Source of the DNA: Schmidtea polychroa
Taxonomy: Eukaryota
DNA length: 64,000 nt
Direction of reading: 5' to 3'
Assembly: GCA_044892525.1 (NCBI GenBank)
Contig: CM097885.1
Coordinates: 235,724,001 to 235,788,000, forward strand
Below the pieces are notes generated by a model. The model was not told where the DNA came from. It saw only the letters and a program-made list of their open reading frames with translations, and made no database searches. The stretch's first letter is position 1; each line of letters opens with the position of its first letter. The translations under genes were made by a program, and so were the position numbers. Of this stretch, positions 48,079 to 59,479 are shown one piece after another.

Positions 48079-48200
48079 ATGAATCAAAGTGAATTTAATG
48101 AACGCGTCAAATGCTTTAACTCAAAGAATGGATACGGATTCATTAGTGTTGACAATGATAATAGCTCTAAAGATATCTTTGTTCATATTAAATCTATCGC
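48079..48200 (+). pseudogene. Cold-shock domain (Y-box/Lin28-like) fragment
   Basis: VKCFNSKNGYGFI...DIFVH (RNP1 and RNP2 motifs). Confidence 0.8.
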
Positions 48201-48267
48201 ATCCTTGAGATACACTTTCAATAACTGGTGGGGTTCTTATCGATATTTACAAAAAGAAGAAGGTTGG

Positions 48268-48670
48268 AGACATTTAATCCACCAATGATTTATGTTGGAA
48301 TTCAACCAGTTGTTTCATTGTACTCTTCAAGTTGTACCTCGAGTATCACTCTGGACGCTAGCGATCCTATATCTCGCACTATGTCAATTTGTGAAAGTTA
48401 CGTGTTACCTGATGCTATTTGTAGAATTAATTTAGCCGGAAAAGACTTAAGTGATGATATTCATGATGCAACTTATAACAACATAATGAAATGCCTTGTA
48501 GATTTTCTTAAAGATTTATATAGCTATACAGTCTTATCTGGTGGTTCAACAATGTATCATGTTGTTGCTGATCGTATGAATAAAGAAATTAATGACAATT
48601 AAACAATCTTGATTTACTTCTAAAAATTTACTCATGCTTAGAAAATGTGGATATTGGCGGTATTTCAAAT
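48268..48670 (+). pseudogene. Second actin fragment, internally deleted
   Basis: ETFNPPMIYVGIQPVVSLY...Y.LPDAICRINLAGKDL joined to YNNIMKC...KDLY..TVLSGGSTMY...ADRM.KEI. Confidence 0.88.
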
Positions 48671-48799
48671 TTGATTTTAATATAATTGAATGCTGTTGAT
48701 AAGCTCTTATCGACCTTATCATACCCACTAAAATTCTATTTTAAGTTCAAGATTCAAGTTACTAAGTTTTGTAAAAAACTTGTAAAAAAAATAAATTGA

Positions 48800-48935
48800 A
48801 CAGCCACATTTTGTTTGTTAATTGTATGTAAGATTCTTTTTTCTCAGTTAGGAAGTTTCTAATTTCATCCAATAAATTCACAAACCTCATTAAAAATTTG
48901 CTTCTATTAAGCCACCAAACATATAGAAGTTCTTT
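48800..48935 (-). pseudogene. hAT Buster-type transposase fragment
   Basis: LLYVWWLNRSKFLMRFVNLLDEIRNFLTEK...LTNKMWL, a decayed RWLSRG region. Confidence 0.65.
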
Positions 48936-49462
48936 CATCTGTTCTTAAACAAACATTTCTGGAGAGCACTGCCATATAATATTTTGCATGCCTTATTTGG
49001 AAATGTCACTCCACATTTCATTCTTTGAAATTGAAACAGACGAGGAAGATATTAAACAGCAACATTTACTATTAGACATAATAAAAAATTAAAAGACACA
49101 ATAATACACCATATTTAGAGCAATTATTGAATATAGCTTTGAATTACGTTGTTATTTTTAATATATTTCTTTATTTGCCAGTGTTTTTATCTAAAAATGT
49201 TTAAAATTAAAAAAATGTTTAAATAAAGTATAATAAAATAAAAACACAATTTAAATATTTCTCCCAAACTTAAAAATGAACAAAAAATTGAATTACAAAA
49301 ATTCAATAAATCAATATTAAAAAAATATTTTTAAAGGCTCACCAAAAAATATCGCCAAACATTTTAAAAAATTCTGCAAAAACTTTATTAAAAACAATTA
49401 AATATATTTAAAACATTCCGCTTAAATAATTACTGAAAAGTATTGTTAAGAGAAATTGAAAA

Positions 49463-50131
49463 TTATTTCAACAGTTTCCTTTTTAATGAACTTGTTTGTG
49501 GAAGAATACCCAATTTAGGATTTGAAATATGCTTTCCCACTGATTCCATCTCTGACATTCCGGGAATATCGGCTTCGTTCAATCCGTCATTTAACAAAAT
49601 TTCTCCCAATATAACAAATGCTCCTGACATGAGAACACGAGCGTTGATTTCTTTGATTTGTTTTTCTTTTACAACAGGCTTCAAATTGTATTCATATAAT
49701 GTATTTCTTGAATCGCTCTGCAATGAGTTTAATATCTTTTCATTCTCCTGACTGATGACAAAAGTTTTGTATTTACTTTTACAATATAAATTCCAATTAT
49801 GCTTGGTACTGTTGACGGTGATTGTAAAAACAAATGGATAAAAAGGTCGGTACAGGCCGATCATAAAAGAATATCCTTTTTGTTTGTATTTAACGTAATG
49901 ACTAAGACCAATACGATAGTCATAAATGTAATTTTTCACTACAACTCTTGAATGCATATTTTCATTTCCAATAAATTCCGTTTTATCATACGGTTCATGA
50001 CAAATGGGACACACAGATTGTTTATCAAAATTATGAATGAAAAGACAGTTAAAATGATACTCATGATTGCAGTTGGGAAGTCGTAACCTTTTATTGGGAT
50101 TAATATTCTTTTGACAAATTTTACAATCCAT
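49463..50131 (-). CDS. RING-H2 protein, copy 3 (222 aa), inverted relative to copy 2
   Basis: CKIC...CNHEYHFNC...CPIC with the same C-terminal domain. Confidence 0.82.
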   Translation of the reverse strand: MDCKICQKNINPNKRLRLPNCNHEYHFNCLFIHNFDKQSVCPICHEPYDKTEFIGNENMHSRVVVKNYIYDYRIGLSHYVKYKQKGYSFMIGLYRPFYPFVFTITVNSTKHNWNLYCKSKYKTFVISQENEKILNSLQSDSRNTLYEYNLKPVVKEKQIKEINARVLMSGAFVILGEILLNDGLNEADIPGMSEMESVGKHISNPKLGILPQTSSLKRKLLK

Positions 50132-50631
50132 AATAAAGTTATCGGAATATCCTTCTTTAATAATACTTTTTTAATGGAAAGGCCGTTGAAATAACTTTTA
50201 ATATACAAATAATTCTTTATATAAAACTGGAGTAATTAAAACAAATTATAAAGGGTTATTTTTTTAGTTCCAAGTAAGTTAGTATTTTTTAGTCTTTTTT
50301 TAATGTTTTTAGAATTGATATGATATAATTTCTCAAAAATAATTTAAATTTTCAATAAAATATAATTTAATTTTCATATATTTATTTGTTTCTAACTTGT
50401 AGTTATAAAAAATGTATAGAATTTCACTCAAAATAAAATAAAAATAATGTGAAGTAATAATCTTTCTAAACAATAAATAAATTTGGTGTACGTATGCGTG
50501 TATAAGCAATTCATGCTAAATTCGACTTTTCAAAAAACAAGTAATAATATAGCATTAAAAATACTCATTTCCAAAATGGAGAATATAAAGTAAAATTTTA
50601 AATTATATAATGATAGAAAATTATATATAAA

Positions 50632-51465
50632 ATCACTTGAAAAAGGCTGTGCCGAAAATTCGTGAATATCAAAAAAAACACCGATATCTTTACTGATTCA
50701 TAGTCAAAAAAATTCTAATAAATACAATGTCAATTGAAAAGAAATCAGAGGTGAAAATTGAAAAAAGTTCTTATAATATGTAATCATTAATAATAATTCT
50801 TGTTAAAAATTTTAAATATAAAATAAGACTTTAAAAATTTTATGAAGATATCAAATAGAATTTTAAAGTTTTTAATACGCTTATGTAGACTTAATTTATT
50901 GGATCATTTTTTTGAAAAATACAAAATTGAAAAAAAAATTTTAAATATTAAAAAAGTAATTTAAAAAATATTGATGTTTTAGTTTAAAATAAATTAAATG
51001 GAATTAAATGTGCTTTATTAATTTTTTTTTATATAATGCACTTTTGTAATTTAAAAATACCGTCGGAAATATTTCTAAAGTAGGTTCTCATGTAAACCCA
51101 TGAGCCCAACTTATTTCCCATACAAACCGTACTCCAACATTCTTATTTACTATATTATATCATATACAAAAATTACGTAACAATATTAAATTCTATATCT
51201 AATGAGTAGTCCGACATAAAATAAGTCATTTTAGTGTCGTAACATTTTTTTAATTTGGTTTAAATGAAGTAAACTTACTATAATATTTTATATTATTTTA
51301 AAAATATTTTAAATTTTAAAACCACTTGAAAAAGGCTGTGCCGAAATTTCATGAATATAAAAAATCCTATCGATATCTTTACTGTTTCGCAATCAAATTT
51401 TTAATAAATACAATGTCAATTGAAATAAGTGGTGAAAATTGAAAGAAGTTATTATAATATTTAAA
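50632..51465 (+). repeat. Pair of ~150-bp direct repeats (about 50632-50790 and 51319-51465)
   Basis: CACTTGAAAAAGGCTGTGCCGAAA...GATATCTTTACTG...AATAAATACAATGTCAATTGAAA occurs twice. Confidence 0.8.
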
Positions 51466-52588
51466 AATGTTGTTTTTGTCAGAATTGATTTTCATTTAAA
51501 ATTAACGTCAGCTTAGTTCATTATATATTAAATAATGTTTTAATTGATTGTACAAAATATAAATTTCATAAGAGTTGTTCAAATAAATTTATAATTTAAT
51601 TTGATTTATCTTAATTTTTAAAATTTTAGATTCATTTATCTTCATTTATATTTCAACTATAGGTAACTGTTTTCTATGTTACTCAGCTGAATTAGTCAAA
51701 AACTAAATGAACATAAAAGAAATTTAGTTAACTAAAAATCTATTTTCTAAAATTGATTTTCAAATTTTAATTTATTAAAAATTATTATAATTAAATTTTC
51801 AAATACACTCAACTCTTTTTTATACGCTTTTTTTGCACGATTTCGAAATAACACCGTCCAAAAAAATAAATCAATTACTCTTTTTTTGCCCGATTTATTC
51901 GATTTAACATGAATTTCAAAATTATTTTATAATTTAAAAGAAATTCACTTTTTACAGTGTATTTTATACACTATGTACGTGTAGATACAAAAATAAAATA
52001 TAATTAGGTAAATGCACGAATTTCATTATATTTCTTGCATTCTCTTTTCTATTGCTCGTTGCATTGTATAAATTGTGGTAAGCAATTCATCATTGAGTAT
52101 TTTGTGTTTAAAGTGTTCGTACGACGCATTAATAATTATCTTACATAAAGCTAACAAGTTAAATAACATATTTTCAACATTCGTCCGTAATTCAACAGCT
52201 TTTATTTAAACTATATTGTATAGAATCATGGTACCTTTACCAGTATAATTCGTGTTTTTGATAATTTCTTACAAATAATATAGGTAATGTTATTGTAAAC
52301 ATCCAGTTTAGAACATTTCTATAAATGATTTTTAAATCAATTTTTAAATCAATTTATTATTATAATTTTAGTAGGATTACCTATTTAATAAGATGTCTAA
52401 TCGGAAGAGACAAGCAATTTCTTTAGAAACTAATATTATATTAGACTGTCTTTAGAGAGGCGAACGTCCCACATCTGTTGGCAATAGTTTTGGTTTTAAT
52501 GAAGCGACTATTAGAACTATTAAAAACAATGAGGATTCCATTCGACAATCAGTAATTTCTTGATGAAAACTTAGTTCTAAAACATCAT

Positions 52589-53346
52589 TGTTATAGTTAT
52601 TTAGGGTTATGTTTTGAACTTATTTATGTATAAATAATTATCTTTATTTGTCGAGTGCTTTGTATGTATTGCAGAAGATTTGTAAGAGCCCAGCAGAGTT
52701 TCCTTTACAACTTGTTTTGGAACTGCTAGGATGCTTGTGTGTATTGCTTGTGTAGATATATTTATAACAATAAAAATATATATTTACTTAAAAGTGAAAA
52801 CAAAAAAAAACTAAAATTAATTAACTTGATAACTTTTATTTGAAAAAGATAAGTAAATGAACCTTCAAACTCCCACGACATTTTTTAGTTATATTCAATT
52901 TTGACTTTGGATTTTTGATTTAATATTTTCTATCGTTTTCTTAGTTCTTTAACTTTTATTCGATAAATATAAATGATTGAACCTTCGAACTCCCACGACT
53001 CTTTCTTGTTATATTTAGTATTTTCTCTAGTATTTTCTCTAGTATTTTCTCTAGTATTTTCTCTATCGTTTTCTTACTTCGGTTTCCTTAGTTTTTTTAA
53101 TTTCAATTTTGTTTTTCGAATATTTTGTTTCTTTGGTTTAACCGCCTTTAATTTAGATTTCGAATTTTTTTAATCTTATTTTGATTTTCTTATTGATTTT
53201 TTTAATTTTAAATTATAATGATTATAATAATTTCTGATAACTAATGATAACAAATAAAATGACTACAAACACATAATAAAACATAATAATAATAACGACA
53301 AACACCCCCAAAAATACTAATTCTTATTATTAACGTTTATATCACA
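52589..53346. mobile_element. Solo LTR, 758 bp
   Basis: TGTTATA...TATCACA termini and a perfect 5-bp TSD ATCAT at 52584-88 and 53347-51. Removing it restores the Tigger frame. Confidence 0.88.
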
Positions 53347-54523
53347 ATCATCATATAATGGAAATGCTCTCTTAAGCAAAATGATAAAGTTTTTAGTGGT
53401 TTGGATGGATGATTTACTGCAAAAAAATACCTATAGATAGAAAAACTATAAAAGAGAAGGCTCTTAGGATATACGAACGACTGCAGGAATTGGATCTATC
53501 ATCAAGTTTTCAGACAACTAAAAAACTAATATTTAATGCAAGTAAGGGATGGGTGAGAGGATTATAAAAGCCACGCATTTCATAATGTTAAAATAAAGGG
53601 AGACGTAGCGTCAGCAAACAAAAATTCTGCAAAGAGGTTTCCAGAAATATTACTTAAAATAATTGAAGACAATGGTTATACTCCAGACCAAATATTTAAT
53701 ATCGACAAAACTGGATTATTCTGGAAGAAAATGCCAACAAGAACCTACATTGGAAAATCAGAAAAAGTCTGCTGGTGGCTACAAAGCGGCTAAAGATCGA
53801 ATAACATTCTTATTTTGTAGTAACGCATCTGGGGATAGGATTTTAAAGCCTTTATTAATCATCCGTTCATTATAGTCACAAGCTTTGAAGGGCGAGGATT
53901 TAAAACAGCTTGCCGTTCATTGGGTGCCCAATAAGAAGGCATGGATGACGGCTGATTTATTTAAAAAATGGTTCCACGAGTGTTTCGTTCCTGAAGTCAA
54001 AAAATAAATGGAAGAAAAGTGACTTGAATTCAAACTTCTTTTACTCATTGATAATGCACCAAGCCATCCTGTTCTAGATCATCCAAATATCCAATTGCTG
54101 TTTTTGCCACCCAATACCCCTTTCTTGATTGAGCCACTGGATCAGGGCATTATAACAACCTTCAAAATGTATTATATAAAACAAGCGTTTAAATTATTTT
54201 AGATTCAATTGAGGAAAGAAACTTGACGGTCACGGATGCATGGAAAAATTACACGATTATGCATTGTATTACACATGTTTCTTATGCCGTAAAACAAATT
54301 CGGACATCTACCCTAAATGCTTGCTGGAGAAAGATTTGACCAGAATGCCTCGACAGTGAAAATTCTGTAACAGTCACATCAATTGTGTTTTCGGAAATAA
54401 TAATTTTATCCCACGCCATTGGTTGTGAATGGTTTGACAACATGGATACTGCAGATATCGATGAACTAATGAATGAGAAACCTTAAGATGAGAAGGATCT
54501 GCTTGAAGTTGTAAAAGTTGGTG

Positions 54524-54741
54524 NNNNNNNNNNNNNNNNNNNNNNNNNNNNNNNNNNNNNNNNNNNNNNNNNNNNNNNNNNNNNNNNNNNNNNNNNNNNN
54601 NNNNNNNNNNNNNNNNNNNNNNNNNNNNNNNNNNNNNNNNNNNNNNNNNNNNNNNNNNNNNNNNNNNNNNNNNNNNNNNNNNNNNNNNNNNNNNNNNNNN
54701 NNNNNNNNNNNNNNNNNNNNNNNNNNNNNNNNNNNNNNNNN
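54524..54741. other. Assembly gap (N run)
   Basis: Run of N. Confidence 1.
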
Positions 54742-55554
54742 AGTGTAACATGCAGCTTTGCACGGCTGGATACCAAAAAATCTACAAGCAACTTGAGAAA
54801 CCAAAAATCCAGCCTCTGATAACGGATTTCCTAATAAAAAGAAAGTCAACATCAGAGGAACGAGTGCCTTTAATGGATTCAAGTTTGTTAGATGTGTTAG
54901 ACTAACTTAGTCTAACTTAGACTCTAGCGATGAAAACAATATTGCACTAGTTGGTAATAAACCAACAAATTTTTTATAATTATTTATGGACTAAAATTTA
55001 TTTGTTATCTTTTTTAATAAAAATGAGAATGAGATATATACTAATATGTTGTAGAATAATTATATATGTGCTTTCATAAATTATTTGCACGATTTTTCAT
55101 TCCAAAAAGTTTTTTTTCATCTTATATGGTTTTTTAAAATTGTAGAACACACCCTCAATTTTACTACGACTTCATGTCGTTTTTTACACGATTTTATTTT
55201 ACACTGATTTCTGTGGAACGCATCAACCTTATAAAACAAGAGTTCAGTGTATATAAAATTTATTTTAAGTTCTTTTATAGGCCTTCCGTAGACCTTCTAA
55301 ACGGGTTCGTGACTGCCGATAGGAGGTCTTACTTCGATGTACGGTCATTCCAAAAGTACGGTTCATTAATTTTCAATAAGATCGTTTCCTGGAGTGTAGC
55401 GAGTAGATTATGTAACATATGATCCAATCGATACGTGATTAGTTATTAGTAGTTAAAACTATGCCAATAAACCAAAAAATAAATTAACCAAAAATATATT
55501 GGACTGCGAATCAAAACAGGCAAACAAAATAAAAATTGTCAGTTGGGGAATCAT

Positions 55555-55760
55555 TCCCAAATAGTCTCTTCCTCAGCTTCCGTGAATAATTGATCCAGAT
55601 TGAACTCGTCCATGTTCATGATCCAGGGAAAATCCGTGCAGGTCTGCAGATCGATATCTGAAATCAGAGTACTCAGGGTGGCCGCTTGTTTGGCCCATTT
55701 CCGTCTGTTCCTCTCCGAGCGCGAGACTTGACTGGTGGTACACAGAATGAATTCTTATCC
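55555..55760 (-). other. GC-rich candidate coding exon, unknown product
   Basis: Open frame EFILCTTSQVSRSERNRRKWAKQAATLSTLISDIDLQTCTDFPWIMNMDEFNLDQLFTEAEEETIWE*, preceded by a CAG acceptor-like site. Confidence 0.3.
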
Positions 55761-56118
55761 TGACACTAGAAACAGAGCTTTAATTGCTGATTCTGTTTTG
55801 CTATTTTTCTAGAAAATACAAAGACAAAAATAAAATTTTAGAAAAGTATAGTTAGGAAAAACCCTATAATTTACATGTTGATTATTATGTCAATAAGAAA
55901 ATTATTTTGAAGCGAATAAAAAATATCCTTTCGTCGTAAAAACATTAAAAGTTTATATTATATCCAAAAAACAAGTTTAAATGGAGTAATTTGACTGATA
56001 CTGTATTTAAAAAGTAATTAAAATTTTATATTAACTAAAATTGTATAAATAATTAAATGCAATTGTTTAAATAATTAAATGCAATAAATTTGAATAAGGA
56101 AACAAATGATAATGGGCC

Positions 56119-56370
56119 ATGACTAATATTAATCCTTTCATTTCGTGTCAAAATGATTTCAAAGAAAACATCGATGAAACCAAATCAAGATTTATTATTT
56201 TATTGAAAAATTTGATTTATCTTTGCAATAAAACTGCATCAATTATGGAAGATCTAAATAAAAAATTACTTAATATTATGATAAGATCAGACAATCTAGA
56301 TCGTAAAATTGAACGAATTTATTATGATTTCAACATAATAATATGCCAAACGGTTAGTATTTTATGGTTT
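56119..56370 (+). CDS. Possible host exon with a WAVE/NHS-homology-like helical domain
   Basis: LLKNLIYLCNKTASIMEDLNKKLLNIMIRSDNLDRKIERI follows the L..L...A..I...L........R...L..RI pattern. A 30-nt GT..AG candidate intron follows. Confidence 0.3.
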
Positions 56371-56809
56371 TTATTGTTTCAGATAATATATCATCATAAT
56401 ATCAAAGGGTAATTCAACCAAGAAGTCCTTATGTTTATTTATCTATTAACGCAGAAAAGATTAAAAAAATCAAATTATGGGTTAGATTTCAAAAAACTTC
56501 ATGCAATGCCATGTCTTTGTTTATGAACCTGTTTTATTTTTTGATGATTAGTAGTACACCCGCTTTTGCGATCAACAAAATTTTAGCTATGAATAACCTT
56601 AAAATACTCATATCCCAAATCGGATCAATTGTAGAATTTTTTTACAGCGCCAAATTAGGAAATATTAAATAAATCAAAACAATTCAAATTTTAAATAATG
56701 TCATGGGTATCATTCGACCTTCATCACCAACCTTCAAAAGGTATAAAACCTTCAACTTTTAAAAACTATATATCAAAGGTGAGTATTTACGCGCGCATAT
56801 AGTCTAAGT

Positions 56810-57022
56810 CAGTGGTTCTCAAACTTTTTTGATCACGACCCAAATTTTTGACATTTCATGCCAAAAATTTTATTGCGACCCACATGACAAAGATTAAATA
56901 AATTTAAAAGGCTTAAACTTCCAAAATTTATATTTGTAGATCTTTCCATAAGTCATCGCGACCCACCAAAAATTCTTTCGCGACCCAAAAATGGGTCGCG
57001 ACCCATAGTTTGAGAAACACTG
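56810..57022. mobile_element. hAT Buster/Charlie MITE
   Basis: TIR CAGTGGTTCTCAAACT / AGTTTGAGAAACACTG. Perfect TSD GTCTAAGT (nnnTAnnn). Confidence 0.93.
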
Positions 57023-58809
57023 GTCTAAGTCACAATTTTCAAATTTGTTAAAAATATTAATTATTTATTATAAAAAAGTCGCCATTCGTACATCATTTTT
57101 ACTATATATTTCGATAGCATCACTATCATCTTTAGGTTACCTACATTCACGACGGATGAATATATATACTATATTGATAATATATAAACAAATTATAAAA
57201 AAGTTATAAAATCTATAAATTTTTAAGTTATAAATAACTATTTTAAACAATTATTTTTAAAAATATTTTTTTAATTATTTAACATAACTATTATTAATAT
57301 ACATCAACATTTTAAAATTTAAATGGACAATATTTCACAAGATAAGTAACTATTTTATTAATATTTTTTAATCTCTAGATTTATATTCATGAATCCTGGT
57401 ATTTCACGATTAAAATATTTACCGGAATTCCAGGAATAAATGCCCTAATAACAATACGTGAAAATCTTATTAATGAAAAGTAGGCAATAAATATAACAAG
57501 TGTGCCTTGTTCACATAGTCATTTGGATAAATGAGAAACAGTGACATAATTTAAGGATCTATATATTCGACATTCATCAGGGAGACATGCATGCACAATT
57601 ATGACAAGGAGTTCCATAATATAGCATATTGGGTAAGGCAATCAAATATCTCATTACAATTACATCACAGTAGCATTTACAGGTATTGTTACAAGAACTT
57701 TTCAAGTGAAACTATGAAATTATAATTATTTTATATAAAAACTTTCATTTATTGGTCGTGTGTTTAGAGATTACTCGATGATACAATGATAAACAGCAAG
57801 TCACTAATAAAAAATATTTATGCAACTGGAGACTCTGTGAATATATTTGCGTCAGACGGTAAATTATCTGGTTTTAAAATTGGCTGGTTTATTAAAATTT
57901 GATATTAATAAATTTCAAAATTAAATTTTAGATATTCCGTACTGTAAGGCTAAAGTTATCATTTGTGAATTTCAAAATGAACATGTATACTTCTCTAAAG
58001 TCAATTTTAACAAAGTTTTTAGCATGAAATTAGCAGATTCAAAGAAAGTAAATTGATATTGTATTATATATATTATATTATATTACCCTAAAATCTTGTG
58101 TATAATACGCTCCTGTATTTTTTTAAAAATCAACTTTTTTCTTGTAAAACACGCACTTCAAAAAATATGTTTTAAAATTTAATTTCTAAGTTTTAACCTT
58201 ATCTAGTCAAAACCAATAAAATAATTTATTTATTATTTTAATCCTTGAAAATGGTATCGAAGAAAAAAAGAATCTCATATTCATGTGTAAAAAACTGTAA
58301 TTACTGTGATTGACATACTTGGTAACTATATAGGTACTGTGTTATCATGGTTGAGGTGAGCTTCGCTGCAAATATTTCTCACTGTTGATAAACATCCGGG
58401 GTTTTGGCTGACCTTATAAGGGAAAAACAAATAGAAGAAAAGTTTAAAAATAGCCTATAATTTTCAGTTCGGTGATACCTTTTAAAAATCATGAGATCAT
58501 TTACACTTACTCTCAAAATACTGAAAGTTTTTTCACTGGATTTCCAGTGCTGGATCGAATTGGAATACACCAAGATGTGGATTCATGTTATACAATTGTT
58601 GGTGCTTAAGCTATATATTCGAAATAAAGTTTTGATGAACACTGGTGGCTTGGTGAGTTTCAAAACAGGAAACAACAAATAACGACCTTCATATAATCAT
58701 CGGGATAGCTAAATGAATTGCACTCAATTTATTCTTCACTCATATTTAAATTTTTTTATTAAAATGTATTTTAGGATATACATTCCATAACATAAATTCT
58801 TTAAACAAA

Positions 58810-59400
58810 GTTACAGAAGAACCGACTTTCGTAGTTCCACTAAAAACCATAACCAATTCGGTTGACGTATATGAAGCAATGAAAGCAACATTAGATAAAT
58901 TTTTCATTAACCATCATCAGGTATAGCGACTGGAAGTGCAGCTGCTATGGTTAGACAGTACGATGAATTAACAAAATTAATCAGGGGATGTGCAAAATCA
59001 GTTAGAAATTGGCGTTTCATGAAATATCAATGTATCATACAAGAAAACGTGAGTGGAAAGACTTTAAACATGGCCTATGCTATGAACGTTGTCGTCAAAG
59101 TAATAAATTTATTCGACCAAGAAGATTAAATCATCATTAATTCCAAAAATTCGTTAAATATTTGAATTCGACCAATGAATAATTCACGTCAATAAGATGG
59201 TTAAGTCGTGGCTTAAGAGATTCTACGATTTAAAAAATGAAACAAAATGTTTTAGTATTGAAAATAATAACTTAAGTCGTTTTATAACTCTGTCTGAACA
59301 AAACAACGGAAATAATGAGAAATGTGCTGAAAAATATTTTAGTTCAATAGATTTTGAAAATGCATATTATATTGTCCTGAACTTGTTGAAGACTCAAAGC
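58810..59400 (+). pseudogene. hAT Buster (GTF2IRD2-like) transposase fragment
   Basis: IATGSAAAMV, QCIIQEN, MNVVVKVINFI and LKRFYDLKNE, with frameshifts. Confidence 0.75.
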
Positions 59401-59479
59401 TGTAAGCTATGTTTTCGACGAAGTCAAACCAATACTGCTTTAACAGACTTACCTTTATTTCTTCAAGTCGCACACTAGT

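Larger units (their letters stand above)
52393..54900 (+). mobile_element. Degenerate Tigger/pogo (Tc1/mariner) transposase, split by a solo LTR and a gap
   Basis: MSNRKRQAISLE (HTH), FNASKGW, YTPDQIFNIDKTGLFWKKMP, KAAKDRITFLFCSNASGD, LLIDNAPSHP, FLPPNT...PLDQGII and QPLITDF. Confidence 0.9.

Noticed and set aside
48079-48200. Cold-shock domain as bacterial cspA contamination or transfer
   Set aside because: It is truncated, has host-like AT content and is fused to actin. A eukaryotic Y-box/Lin28-type source is simpler.
54374-54882. ORFs spanning the second N gap
   Set aside because: Artefacts of undetermined bases.
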